Of a stretch of 64,000 bases of DNA, positions 48,601 to 60,735 are shown piece after piece; within the stretch, counting starts at the first letter, position 1; every line of letters starts with the position of its first letter. Source of the DNA: Bispira polyomma (Eukaryota); NCBI GenBank assembly GCA_965649765.1, contig OZ287755.1, forward strand, positions 64,666,001 to 64,730,000. The letters run 5' to 3'. The position numbers were made by a program, and so were the translations under genes. The notes beneath the pieces were generated by a model, which saw only the letters and a list, made by a program, of their open reading frames with translations, was not told the origin of the DNA and did no database searches.

Positions 48601-51112
48601 GAACCAGTCAGTTTTTGGGTGTACATCACTGTGTACGAATAATTCATTAAATATTTAAGGAAAAAAGTGAAGGTTTAAGGTTGTACTCAAAATTGATAAT
48701 ACTTTTTTGTAACCCTTTGTCTGGTGAGCTTATAAAATCTGCGTTGATATGATAGATATTTTTTTGTTGAAGTTAAAAATATATTTTTAAATAATTTAAG
48801 AGGCATCCTAGCTTTTTATGTTTAACACTGAATTCGTTTTGGTTTAGAGAATGGTAAAACGAAAATATGTAACAATGACAGGTGTTAATAAATAATGTGT
48901 ATCCCAATAAATAATAACCGTTGTTAAGTGTATGGTTTGTCTATTCCAGCTTCAGTTTAACACGTATAATGAACAAAGTATGTTTATAACACCATTACAT
49001 GTACTTGTACACCCATCCTTATCTTGATTTCTTTTGGTCAACATTTTTAAATGCAATTCTATTATTCATGACTGTGACTTATTTACGGGTTAATGTCAGT
49101 TGTTGGCCATTTTTTGCCCGAGTTTCTTTTTTTTTTACAATAACAATAAAACTCGAGAGATTTCTCAACAATCTTTAGCCCCCAGAAAGGCTAGCAACCT
49201 AAATGTATATATCTATATCTATAATCTAATTCACGTGTGTGTTACATATCTTTTTAAAACAAAAACTACAGGGTTACATCTTCTAGACAGAAAATCTATA
49301 TATTGCATATATGACTTCATTAACTTTGGGGCGTGAAACCGTTGATGTTTAATTTATGTACCAACAACCCCTTACCATGAATTAGTTTTTTACGGTACTT
49401 GAGGTAAATGAGAAAATTATCTTGTTAATTAGTAAATTGGTGGGTAGGTGACAAGAGTGATAAGGTTGTCTGCAAGACACCACAGAGCACCTCTCTCCTC
49501 CGCCCCTACTCTCAACAGATATGTACACTCGTGGGGTGGGGTGGGGGAGAATAGGGGTGGTGGCTGATCTTTATTAGTATATTTGGGTTTATAATTTATA
49601 TTTTCCACTTTAATTATTCAAATCATCAAAATGACCCATTTTCAAAAATCACACAATTTTCTTGCAAGTGTAAGTATTTAATCAGTATTTCCGTCTATTG
49701 TAAAATGGATTTTGACTTGAATTACCATATTAAAGAAATTTGCAAATAATAATTGCAAAAAAAAAAACGTCTCTTACAAAAGAGTCATTTTTGTTTTGTC
49801 TCCAACACAAAGTGTTTACTTTTAACATTAACTGTATGACTTGATTGAGTTTGTCTTTGAGTATTATGATCATGTATCTGGACATTCACCAGTGTGTGTG
49901 AGTGACGATATATAGTTTCGATATGAATGATATTTCGATATAATGACACCATTCTTGAGAAAATTATATATATATAAGAAGATATGATCACCGAAGATCT
50001 ACCACTGATAACGGTAAAGCATATTACACAATCTTAAAGGCTTAGCACACCAAAATATTTAACTCGTCTAAGATCAGATTTTAACACCATGTGTAATTGT
50101 AATTATTACACGTTAACTGATGATTCCATAAAGACTGCCTGCCCAAAGGTACACGGGTGATGACGCATTTCTAAAACACCAATATACTCAACGATTAGAC
50201 AATACTCACATCTCACAGAGGGTGACATCTCAAATATTGACAACATACAGGTTGACTATGAATGAAATTTGGTGAGTACATAATGAGTGTGTCCCACTGA
50301 CACTACAAACAAATCAGTGATACCCATCAAGTGACGTGTCACTATAATATGGGTGCATATTTGAATTCAGTGTCGAATTCAGTGTCGAAAGTTCTATTGA
50401 AATAAATGGTCACCACAAGTATAAGATTAAATGTCCATGTTACAAGGAGTTTCCACGCATGGTCCTGTATATTTAAGTTTCAGTATAGGCATAAGGTTAT
50501 TTTTTTTTTTTTTTTTTTTTTTGGGGGGGGGGTGGGGGTGGGGGTGGGGGAGGAGTAATACCACCACCACCACCACCACCACACTGATATATATGAATAT
50601 TAAAAAGACCACCCCCACCCCCTCCCTCTAACGTTGTCAGTCTTATCTCTGGTCAATATATTATCACACATACATACACATACATTTACTCACTCACTCA
50701 CACAGAGGACACTCCTCCCCCCCTCCTCCCAGCACACACACACAAAGGAATATGTGCCCATCAGCAAAACTGTCCATCACCACTTTTTACCGGTGAGGTG
50801 GAGTTGGACCACTATTGATTTAATTTTGTAGCCTGTCCCAGGCGGCTCACTCGTTAAAAAGTAGATGAGTAAGTTATGCCAAGAAAAAGGCGAAAAACAA
50901 AACATATAATTAATCTCATCTTTTCTACCAAGCCTTTCCTAACATAGCCTTTCTTTTCCTTTGACTAAATGCTAAAAATCTTTTTGATGGCGACCCTTAT
51001 ACATGATAAATTTTGCATAGTATGATTATGATGTTATGCTGCTTTGAGCTATCTCGTAGAGCGGAACATTTTAGCGCCTAATAAGTGACTCGATTAGACA
51101 AATTTTCATATA

Positions 51113-51390
51113 AAACAAGAGTTGTCTTTTGAAAAAAAGACATCAGCGCACTGTGTCACTGTCGTCCCTCATGTTGGCCTAAATATTGTATTTCAAAGGA
51201 GAGTTACCAAATAATATGACCCAGGTCCCACCAGTACATCAGAGACCTTCCACGCTTCCTGGGTGTGCCTGATAATCGCCTGATAATATATATCTGACAC
51301 CCCTCATTTTGGTCAGAGCGATTTCTTCCAACCAATCCATGAAGGCCTTACATATTTCCAGCATGGCGTCGACCTTTTCAGAGTAAAAGC
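51113..51390 (+). repeat. Family D repeat
   Basis: AACAAGAGTTGTCTTTT-G-AAAAAAGACA hairpin start and the standard core. Confidence 0.75.
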
Positions 51391-51474
51391 AATATCTAGC
51401 AAAGTCTGTTCCAGAAGCCCCTGTTTGTCAAAAAGTGTCATTTAATTTGAAACTTATTAAGAAATATATAGGCT

Positions 51475-51727
51475 TCCGGTTTGATGCTCGCTGCAGGCCT
51501 GATGATTGTATCCTTGGACAAGATACTTTACACAAAGTTGTACCTAGTCGCTTATCGTTGTTAGTCTTTGTGTGCCCTTGTATAGCAGCACAGCTAGTAT
51601 GCTTCCTGAGAGAGCTGAGACTGAACAACTGGTTGACAAGTGGAAGAACCCATGCCAGGGTAATTATGTCAAAGCACATTAGATACCAGTGATGTTCATA
51701 ACTACTGCTCTATATCAAATGATAATT
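51475..51727 (+). mobile_element. SINE family A (head truncated), tail type 2
   Basis: CAGGCCTGATGATTGTATCCTTGGACAAG..GAGCTGAGACTGAACAACTGGTTGACAAGTGGAAGAACCC, with the same tail as 45897. Confidence 0.85.
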
Positions 51728-52019
51728 ATTATTGTTATTATATTCACGGAAATCTGTAAGCATATAATATATAGCACGGAAAATAGTATGCAGTCTTATT
51801 TAACTACTCATATGCAAAAACCATGATTACTAAAGCGAGGCTGCTTGGTCACAAGACTATTGTATCTATTTAAAGGTTCTATGACTCATCTTCAAATTCA
51901 ATTTACTACAATGTACTCATACGAGTCAAAGCTTCGTTCCTGGTCAATAAACAAGAAGATGTTATTGCTTGCATGGACACTTTATGCCTTAGTGTGTGTG
52001 TGTATATGTTGTATTTTAC

Positions 52020-52266
52020 CCAACTCAAGATCCTAAAATTGTATGTCTATCTTAAAATGGACTTGCTGGGCTAGTGAGTCTTAAGATTGGCCAGATCAAC
52101 TTAATAATATTTTGAAGTTTTAAATACCAGCCCTGCTTTTAAATATACATATTTATAGAATTATATATTTTTTGTACAATTTAGTTTTTACAATGCTTGC
52201 TAGCTTTACTGGACAATCTTTAGATTGGCTGCAAAACTTATGAGGATCCTAAATTCTGCTTCAACA
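52020..52266. mobile_element. Old, short relative of the 25304-26708 foldback element
   Basis: Degenerate TIR blocks (CCAACTCAAGATCCTAA..CTATCTTAAAATGG..TCTTAAGATTGGCCAG; AGGATCCTAAATT..GCTTCAACA). Confidence 0.6.
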
Positions 52267-52299
52267 TATATACATGTATATACTCTTATTTTAATGTTG

Positions 52300-52420
52300 C
52301 TCTTTCGCGGGAGGGTGAAAAGACGTGTATATATGCAAATTAGGGGACAAAGGGCGTGACTATCTATGCTAATTAGTCAGTTACGTCACACAATGGCGGT
52401 GGGTTTGTTTACATTACGGG
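52300..52420. promoter_or_regulatory. Candidate proximal enhancer (POU/Sox/CRE/Fox motif cluster)
   Basis: ATGCAAAT 52333-52340, ACAAAG ~52347, ATGCTAAT 52366-52373, TTACGTCA 52381-52388, ACAATGG 52390-52396, TGTTTAC 52406-52412. Confidence 0.5.
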
Positions 52421-53349
52421 TGTAGTTGTAGTGGGGTTGGCGAGAAGGGTTCAGTTTTAAGACAATAGAGGGGCTATCAGATTCTAAATGGACACTCGTT
52501 TGTCGCAATTACCTTATAAACAAAAAAAACAAAAAAAACAAAAAAAAAAAAACAAAGAAGGATGTACAAATTTATAGAGAGTGTGTTGAATCTATTTTAC
52601 TCAAGAAAAAGACTAGATTTAGACATATCAATGGGACGGCTATTGACTCATTCAGTGAGATGGTTAGAATATGTGTATATATAAACTGTTATTCACACGT
52701 GTATGCATTGTTTTGACTAGAAGGAGGTTTATTTTTTTAGGGAAAGTTGGAAACAAAAGCGATAATTTTGCTCATTTAAAATTTAGAGCAGTATTCACTG
52801 AGATAAGGCGTTCATTAGTAGAATTGTAGGATGGCCGTATTAGCTATAAAAATATTTACATGTCAGCATAATTTTTTCAAGAAAAATAATAAAATTATTA
52901 CAATTTGGAGGAAATTAGAATGCTTGTATACTATTAAACAATACATTGTTGCATATATATATATTTTCATTATAACTGTCCCACTTTTCTTAAATATGTG
53001 CTATGTAATTTGTATAACGTTTTAGTTATATGTACACATGTTTCCAAATATATTAGAAGTAATGAGGTTTCCTCTAAAATGGACCCACATAACAACACTA
53101 CATAATAATAGAAATACGAAAGCATATATTGATTATTCAGATTGGTCCCATCACGACACTACGCTGCACAACACTGCAATTTGACTTTGAAAAATCTCAA
53201 AAAAAAACCTGCTGTGATGTGCCGTGTCGTCGGTCTGTAAAAACCCCAAACATGAACAAAATTTTAGTGGGAAATATCCCAAAGACATCTCTAATCTAAT
53301 CAAGTACTTTTTAAGTGCGAAATCTTACCCAAAAGATAAATTTTGAGGT

Positions 53350-53505
53350 GAATCTAAGTTTGAGGTCTCACATTGGTTCCCTGATTTTACATAATCCACA
53401 TAAACACATAGCTTGTTTCTTCATGTGGAAAAATTTATCTGGTACTTTTAGTAGGTTGGTGGTTTACACAGTGGCCTGAGCACTGATTTCTTCCACCATA
53501 AACTG
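53350..53505 (+). mobile_element. Highly degraded SINE family B
   Basis: CTTCATGTGGAAAAATTTATCTGGTACTT..GGTGGTTTACACAGTGGCCTGAGCACTGATTTCTTCCACC. Confidence 0.6.
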
Positions 53506-54465
53506 CAGTACTAATATATGTGCATGTGTTATTAGAGAATATACATAACATGCCCAAACTTAGAAGATATATCATTTAACTTATTGGTTCCAACCAAAAC
53601 TTATTGGGTGTTTTAACCTCCTAGTTACATTGCCATTTCTCGGCTGATCTTGGACTCAACTCTGGCCGTTGTGATATAACCTAAAACTGTTAAAAGCAAT
53701 GTAAAAACCCCCCAAAAAATTAGAAATACCATGTAACATATGACTGATATAAAACAGTACAGTCTTTTATTCTGGTGTGTATATATATACATATATATGT
53801 GTGTAAATATTAACATTTTTTTTTAAATGAAAACATGGGGGATAAATTCCCACACTGCTTATAATAAACACAGAAAGAGTTAAATGGAAATAGTCCTAAC
53901 AGGTTGAGATAAAAAAGGATATGTTACTTGTAACAAGTCACAGATAATAAATAAGCTCTGTGATTGCTTAATTTTCCGTTGGTAAACGTTTTCTATAGCA
54001 AAAACAAATGAAACAGATACACATAGATAGATGGATGTTTACACAGATAAATACCATGAATATGAAATTATGATTTATAAATATTTGCTACCAATCCCTC
54101 TTGAAAAATTGCCACATATACAAAAGAGACAGTCCCTTTTTTGTCTCTTAAAAAGCTAGCATTTTTTCTCCTTTCCTCCCCAAATCTTTTCAACACTTTG
54201 TTCTCCTTTGTGTATCAAAAAATTTACACAAATCGCATATTTTGAGTATAGTAATAATCTCTGTATTGGGAAAAGAATTGCCAATGTGTGTAGTAATAAT
54301 GAAAATGATAATATTTAATGGAATATCAACATTGAGAAAATAAGACGTGGACAGCCCTAAGAAATGTTTGTAGTGCTATTAAGACTGACGTTTTCTTTGT
54401 ATCTGTGTTCTGTTTACACATCAACAGATATTTTTCAATAATAATAATATCCCTAAAAAAACTGA

Positions 54466-54770
54466 AACAAGAGTTGTCGTTTAAAAAAGCACATAGGTGT
54501 CACAGTGTGAAATACACTAACATTGATGCTATATGGCCCTATACATACTCTCAGAGGCCCAGCTATCTTAAGATGGGCACAGCCTAAGCTAGGATCTTAA
54601 TTTGGGCTATAGGATGAAATATGCTAACGTTGATATGGCCACTATCAATACTCAGGCAAATCTGACACCCCCTCTTATTTTTAACAGATCGATCGCTTTT
54701 AAACCAATCCATGAAGGCCTTACAGATTATTTATTTTAGAAGATGGTGGTGTCTTTTCCAAAGATGACAA
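54466..54770 (+). repeat. Family D repeat containing a ~57-bp piece of the foldback-element TIR (54557-54613)
   Basis: AACAAGAGTTGTC start; a duplicated TGAAATA..CTAAC.TTGAT..ATGGCC.CTAT..ATACTC block flanks CTATCTTAAGATGGGC..TAGGATCTTAATTTGGGCTATAG; standard core follows. Confidence 0.7.
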
Positions 54771-57139
54771 CGCCTTCTTCATAATGAAAAATAAGATCAG
54801 GCTGTGCCTGAAATAATCTGGTTGTACAAGTTTCTTTAAAAAAATGGGATCTCTGTTATGACTGGATGGTTAGAAAAGTGCCTCAATTATGCTAAAAATA
54901 TCAATCACATATATTATGTATATATACCCACTCGGGCACAACAAAAACCATCCTGTATAAGATTAGGAATGTATATAATATCCCGTACCAACAGGTCATA
55001 ATCCCTGTTGTGGAACAAATATATCCTTCTATAAAATACAAAAACACAATGGTTTTACTCTGATAAAACCTGAATATACAATATCCTTGTATGTGGAGGT
55101 GAGCTTGATCAAAATATTTGTATTTGCTCAAGCATGAGTAGTGGTATTGTTCACCAACAAAAAAAAAACAGAAACAACACAATATACATCTCAACACTAA
55201 TCTGCCAGTAAATATTTATATACATATGTTATTTTTATTTACTATATTATTTACTATATGTATGTATGTGTTTTTTGCCCTCAATGCACAAATTCACCAC
55301 AATTCAATGAGAATCAAGAGAGTATATTTGTTTTAAGCCTGTCATAAGCTCTAGGATAATCTACAAGGTCTAGCTATATATGTATATATATAATCTGTTT
55401 TATTCTTTCTTGACCGTTGGCCATAAGACTTTATGTATTGTGTACATCTCCTCAGGGACCAAAGATTTTAGCATCTTAACTTCTACTCTGCCTTTTCGTT
55501 TTTTACAAAATTCCATATTGTACACATGCAAATATATAAGCCAAAATAGAGAGGTTTATATGTGTGGAGATTTACTCTATTCACCAATACATAATATAAA
55601 GAACAGCCTATTTCTTTTAGCTATGTTCCACCAAGCCCCCCCCCCCCCCCCCCCCTTCTCGGATGTATAGATAATACCTTTACTGGTTGAAACTCCTACT
55701 ATATATAATAATGACTTATGCATGCTAAACATATTTACACCCAGACTGTAGTTTGGTCAAAAAAGAACTGTGATTATATGGTTCCTTTACAGATGACACC
55801 ATCGTTTTTTCACCCAATTTTTCCACCAAGTAAAAGTGTGTCTCTTTTAAATATGTGTCCAATAAGTAATTATATTTCAAGTGAATAATGTACACACACG
55901 AAAAAGGTTTATCGCCTAAATGTTATTTTGTTACATTTAAACACGGGTAAGGCGTTTGTCCATGACCCCCTTTATAAAAGAGTTAGGTGGATACATCCAG
56001 TAGGGGTTTCATATCCTGGATTCAACACCCCTTCCCAAATTTAACACGCCAGCACCGACCACCCCCAGCCACCCCCTTCCCACCTGAACCCCTAATTTTA
56101 TTTTACCTCGGGCACATGTCTACTACATATAGGAGTTGATTCCACATCAATCGGATTTGTGTAGTTACTTTTCCTACCACCCCCCCAAAAAATAACCTGT
56201 CTTAAGTAAAAGATATGGTCAATATTGAGATAGATTTGTGTAGTATTATAATCACCAGAACGTTGACTACTAGCATATATAGAGAGAAAAACAGGGAGAT
56301 TTGGTTGAGTTTTGTTTTATTTACCTAATATACACGTTTATATAGACATATAGTTAGTGAGTCTGTGACCTTCTATGTAAATATTGTGGTGGACAATCTC
56401 TTTTTTCTCTTTTTATGTTTCAATGGAATGAAATATAGAGTGAAGAAACAGACTATTTCTCTGTAATGCCATTTGAAAACACACTCAATGTATGTAGATA
56501 TATGTGTGTGTGTGAAGTGAGCTTTATGGTGTTTTGATTCCATCTATCAATATATGCTTATTTTTACTTATATGTGTCATTTAGTCATATACCTATAGAG
56601 ATAAATTACTATTATAGAAATAAAACTAGAAATGAAAGTAGATTTACAACATCATATATATATATTCATGGATTTTTCTTTATCATAAACACTTTCTACT
56701 CACTCAAGCCAGTTGTATTAAAAAGGAGGAATTTGACCTTGTGAAATGGAACTGAGGGCACAGGACGAAAGGTGGACTAAATGTAAAATAAAGCATAGTG
56801 AACACAACAACATAATGAGAGGAAAAAGAAACTGGTGAAATTTAATGTCTGAAATAGTAGGTTTAGGCATTTTATTCTCACATATGACATTATAGCTCTG
56901 TGAGTTGGGGTCTTACACATATTATAATATTTTCAACACTAATGGTGAGAAGTAACTGGACAGACCCCACAACTCAACAATCCCCACACATCAACGATTT
57001 CTTGTAACCAAGATTTGTGCATGAATATATGACGCCCCAAAAAAGGAGAGTATCTTCTGTGTTCTTATATATAAGAGAGATAGAGAGGAGTTCTTCTTTT
57101 TAAAGACACCACAGCCTTCCAAAGCAGAGCAATGATATG

Positions 57140-57450
57140 ATGGTAAGCCTTCCTATTGGTGATTTTTCTGACTGGTTAGAATTCTCCGTCTGTAAAGTTA
57201 GTTCTTTATACAACAAGGCAGAGTATGTGTTGTTACTCGAAAGTAGCAAAGTACAAAGTTTGCCTCTGATTGGCTTAGAGGTCGCGGGAGGCGGGAACGA
57301 GGCTCCGCCTATGAGAATTGTCGTCTGCCTTTCTCGCGAGCCTTGTGTGTATTAAATACAAAAACTTTCCTTACTGGCGTGTGATTCCCCCCTGGTTTTA
57401 AAGGCAGCAAGATTTATTAAGAAAAGACGTTTGTTGGTCAGTGCATGTCT
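57140..57450 (+). promoter_or_regulatory. Probable promoter of the Lhx1/5 gene
   Basis: Inverted CCAAT boxes (ATTGG 57155-57159; CTGATTGGCT 57266-57275), GC/E2F-like GCGGGAGGCGGGA 57284-57296 and CTCCGCCT, TCTCGCGAG 57332-57340, TATTAAATA 57350-57358, Inr-like TCAGT ~57438. Locally CpG-rich, 1.8 kb upstream of the coding exon. Confidence 0.65.
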
Positions 57451-57853
57451 GGTGAAAAGTGGTTGTGTGAATGGATTAATACGAGAAGTGGGGGCTTTTA
57501 CATGCAATATTAGCAGTGGTAGCTGAGGAGAAGTTTTACACATATTTGTTTACTTTTTTTATCAAAATAAAGCATGAAACAACAGTGTAAACAAGAAGAG
57601 CTATTATCATAGTTTTAACTGGAAGTTATAAGCAGTGCATTTTTATGAAGAGACTTTACAAAGTGTTGAACATACAGTGGCGTTGTAGTCTGATGGTCTG
57701 TGTACACACATATTGATGTGTCTGAGACTGTGGGAGGGAGGACTATATACTTTATTTGTTGTGTTTACTTTTTGGATAATTTCTCACAGACAGCCGTGTG
57801 ACTTTTTAATGAATAAGTAAAACTCCAGTTGTCGTCTGCCTGCAATCACTGAG
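57380..57853 (+). other. Putative non-coding first exon (5' UTR) of Lhx1/5
   Basis: Lies downstream of the promoter. Candidate donor GAG|GTATTG at 57853/57854 and candidate acceptor TTAGCAG| at 59109. Both boundaries are inferred. Confidence 0.35.
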
Positions 57854-59131
57854 GTATTGTGTAGTAGTATGTACAGGGACGGGGTTATAACTTTCTAATT
57901 AATGTTATTTATTACTGCTCATTACTCTTTTTCATTTTTGATTGAGGGATTGGAGGGTAAAACGTTTTGGTAAACATTATAGCTGTCTGGCTGGCTAGTT
58001 TGTGCAGTTGCTATGTCTGCAAATGGTTTAACATCTTCAGACAGAGGGAGAAGCATATCTTAATTAACTGTAGCGAATATATACTACTTATATTTAGCAA
58101 ACACAACCCAGACATAAGACTTTTTAGTATTATACAATCACACAAGTCTGGGTTAATATTGATATAAAGTGTATGATGGTCAGTTCTCACTATATAAAAA
58201 TGACCAGAATTTGATGCAGGCTATTTCCATTCTACCCTGAGTAAAAAGAGAAAGAGGGAGTCAGTCAGTGGTATATTGGTTAGAGCTACTGATAGCAGAT
58301 GCTTTAACCTCCTCCAGTAAAGCTGTTACTTGAGGTCAAGTGGGTGGCATGAAAAGACTGTGTACACGATCTAGTATAGTACAATAATATTGGATATTAT
58401 TTAGTACACATCATCTGTTAATGGGTATACACAGTCATCTCAATATATCAATGAAATATATTTTATATACATAAAGTGAAAGTTTGTTCGCAAGTTTTTT
58501 TTATGTGTGAGATATAATTTTGTTTCAACGCTTCAATCAAAAGTTGGAATTAATAAAAAGGAGTGAAGATTTTGTGGGCGGTTAGTTAGCATCAATTCCA
58601 TTGGATCCACAAAGGTTTTGATAAACCCAGGAAAGATACAGCACGGAGAAAAGAAAACAATTAAATAGCAGGTATATAGATAGCATTATCAAATGCAGTT
58701 TTACACATATATCTCACATGAAAACATTGCAAATGCTGTGGTTATTTATATATAAATCTTTACTACAGAAATAGAAATGTGTGTAGTAATGAATGCACTA
58801 GAAAAATAGCTCATCTTGTGGTTTTCTGTTTTAAATGAATCAGTGAGATTTGTCATGTATAATATGTGAAGAAAGACAATAATGAGTCAAACTGTACATC
58901 TGACTTAATACATACACACACATACATATGTATCTCTATAAAATTTTAAAATTATAACTACATATAAATTAGTAATAAGGACTATTGAAATCACTTTTGG
59001 CAATCTGTCTAATACCACTTTAATAGTTTGGGGAGACATTTTATTAGCCACGGTTGATTGGTAATTCTTTAAGTGAAGTAATCAGTTGTATTTGTGTGTG
59101 TGTTAGCAGGTAGTGAACTAAACTCATCTCA

Positions 59132-59352
59132 ATGATACTCACGGGTGCAGCCACCACTATGCACAACCTCAACGCCGAAAGGAGTGCAGTTTGCGCCGGA
59201 TGTGAAAAGCCCATCCAAGACCGGTTCTTACTAAACGTTCTCGGGCGGGTCTGGCACACGAGGTGCGTGCAGTGTTCGGACTGTGGCAATCCACTGACGG
59301 AGAAATGCTTCTCCAGGGATGGCAAGTTATTCTGCAGGGAGGATTTCTTCAG
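59132..59352 (+). CDS. Lhx1/5: LIM-homeobox protein Lhx1/5 (Lim1) class, first coding exon (LIM domain 1); gene continues beyond the window
   Basis: [54 protein letters not shown] closely matches Lhx1/Lhx5 LIM1 ([54 protein letters not shown]). Strong donor AG|GTGAGT at 59352/59353, phase 2 in the Arg of DFFR, which is the position I recall for vertebrate Lhx1 intron 1. Confidence 0.93.
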
Positions 59353-60569
59353 GTGAGTGATGGGAGCAAGAGGAGATATAATAAGATAAATTAAGCGATT
59401 AGTTATTATAGTTAGGGATTTATATATGACTGTGTATGTATTTTTATGCTTATTTTTTAGAGGTTTATCCTGAGATACAATTTGAAAAACATGAATTATA
59501 GGTATAGGTCAAACGTAAAAGACTATAAATTATATATATATATGCAATAGAACCTCGATTATCCGAAACTAACTTAAGGTGGGACAACTGCTGAAGTGGC
59601 TGGTATACACTGATTTGGTTTATAGACAAGCTTTTATTACTTATTACTAATAATATCTGTGCCTTCATTGCTTTTGAACTTTATGTGACATTTTGACTGA
59701 GAATTTGATTTCCTTTTTGGTAATTTGTTTGCAAGGAAAAAAGCTCTAGAGATAAAGCATGTCATATAGGGATAAGCTATAGTTATAGATAATATAAGTG
59801 AATTGCTTTAGACTTCTTAATGGATACTGTGAATTGATAAGAAATTGTGTATATATCTATCTTGATATGTTTACTTAATAACTCATCTTGTAAAAATCAA
59901 AATATAACAATGCTTTAAACTTTTAAACAAAGAAAGGCTGACAAAAAAAAAAGATTTTTAAAAGGAAAAACACCTTCTAGGAATTCTGGGCAATTCTTTT
60001 ATATATACGTAAAGATTCCCAATTTGAAGATATCTTTGTAAATTTGATAACACCACATGCTCCTCACCACCATCTCAAACCTATATATCAGGTATAATAT
60101 TCACAGATACTGTCTTTTGCCAATGCACCAGTTGTATGAAATCAACTTTTAGGGGGGAACCAAGGCACCATCTTGAGAAGTGACACTTCAATTCAAAAAC
60201 CCTTCTCCACAAAAAAGTTTTGCTTTATTTTAAATGAAGAATATTTTTTTAATTATTTTGAAAAACTTTAATTAGAGGCAGTAATTAGTACGTCATTGCT
60301 ATAGACGTTCTCTAAACCTATAAATCACGTGCATTTCTTTCATAAAAAAATTTAAAATGAAAAACACCCACGACGAACAAGAAAAGGGCTTTTTTTAAAA
60401 ACCCCCACACCCCTTTCACTTTTCTTCTATCCATCTGTATACACACACATATAAAAGAAAAAAGGGGGTTCAGTTGTCTTTGAAACACAGCCAGGAAAAA
60501 TGGTTAAAAGTTTATTTCTAACTGCCGTCTGTGATATATCAGAAATCCATTTATTACAACCCATTTTTA

Positions 60570-60735
60570 GAGGGACTCTAATTGACGGCTATATTAATTC
60601 GGAGGTGTAATTTACGCGCACACGCCAGACAGGCTTTTTACAGAGAATGACGTGAAGTGTGAAAAAAAAAATTAAAATTTATGGGCCCGTACACGAATGC
60701 TGACTATTGTGGGCAAATCTAAACAATAAAATCAG
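60570..60735. promoter_or_regulatory. Candidate intronic enhancer (homeodomain-site rich)
   Basis: CpG-rich patch in an AT-rich intron with CTAATTG, ATTAATT, GTAATTTACG, TTTTATGGG, TGACGT, ATTGT and TAAACA. Confidence 0.35.
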
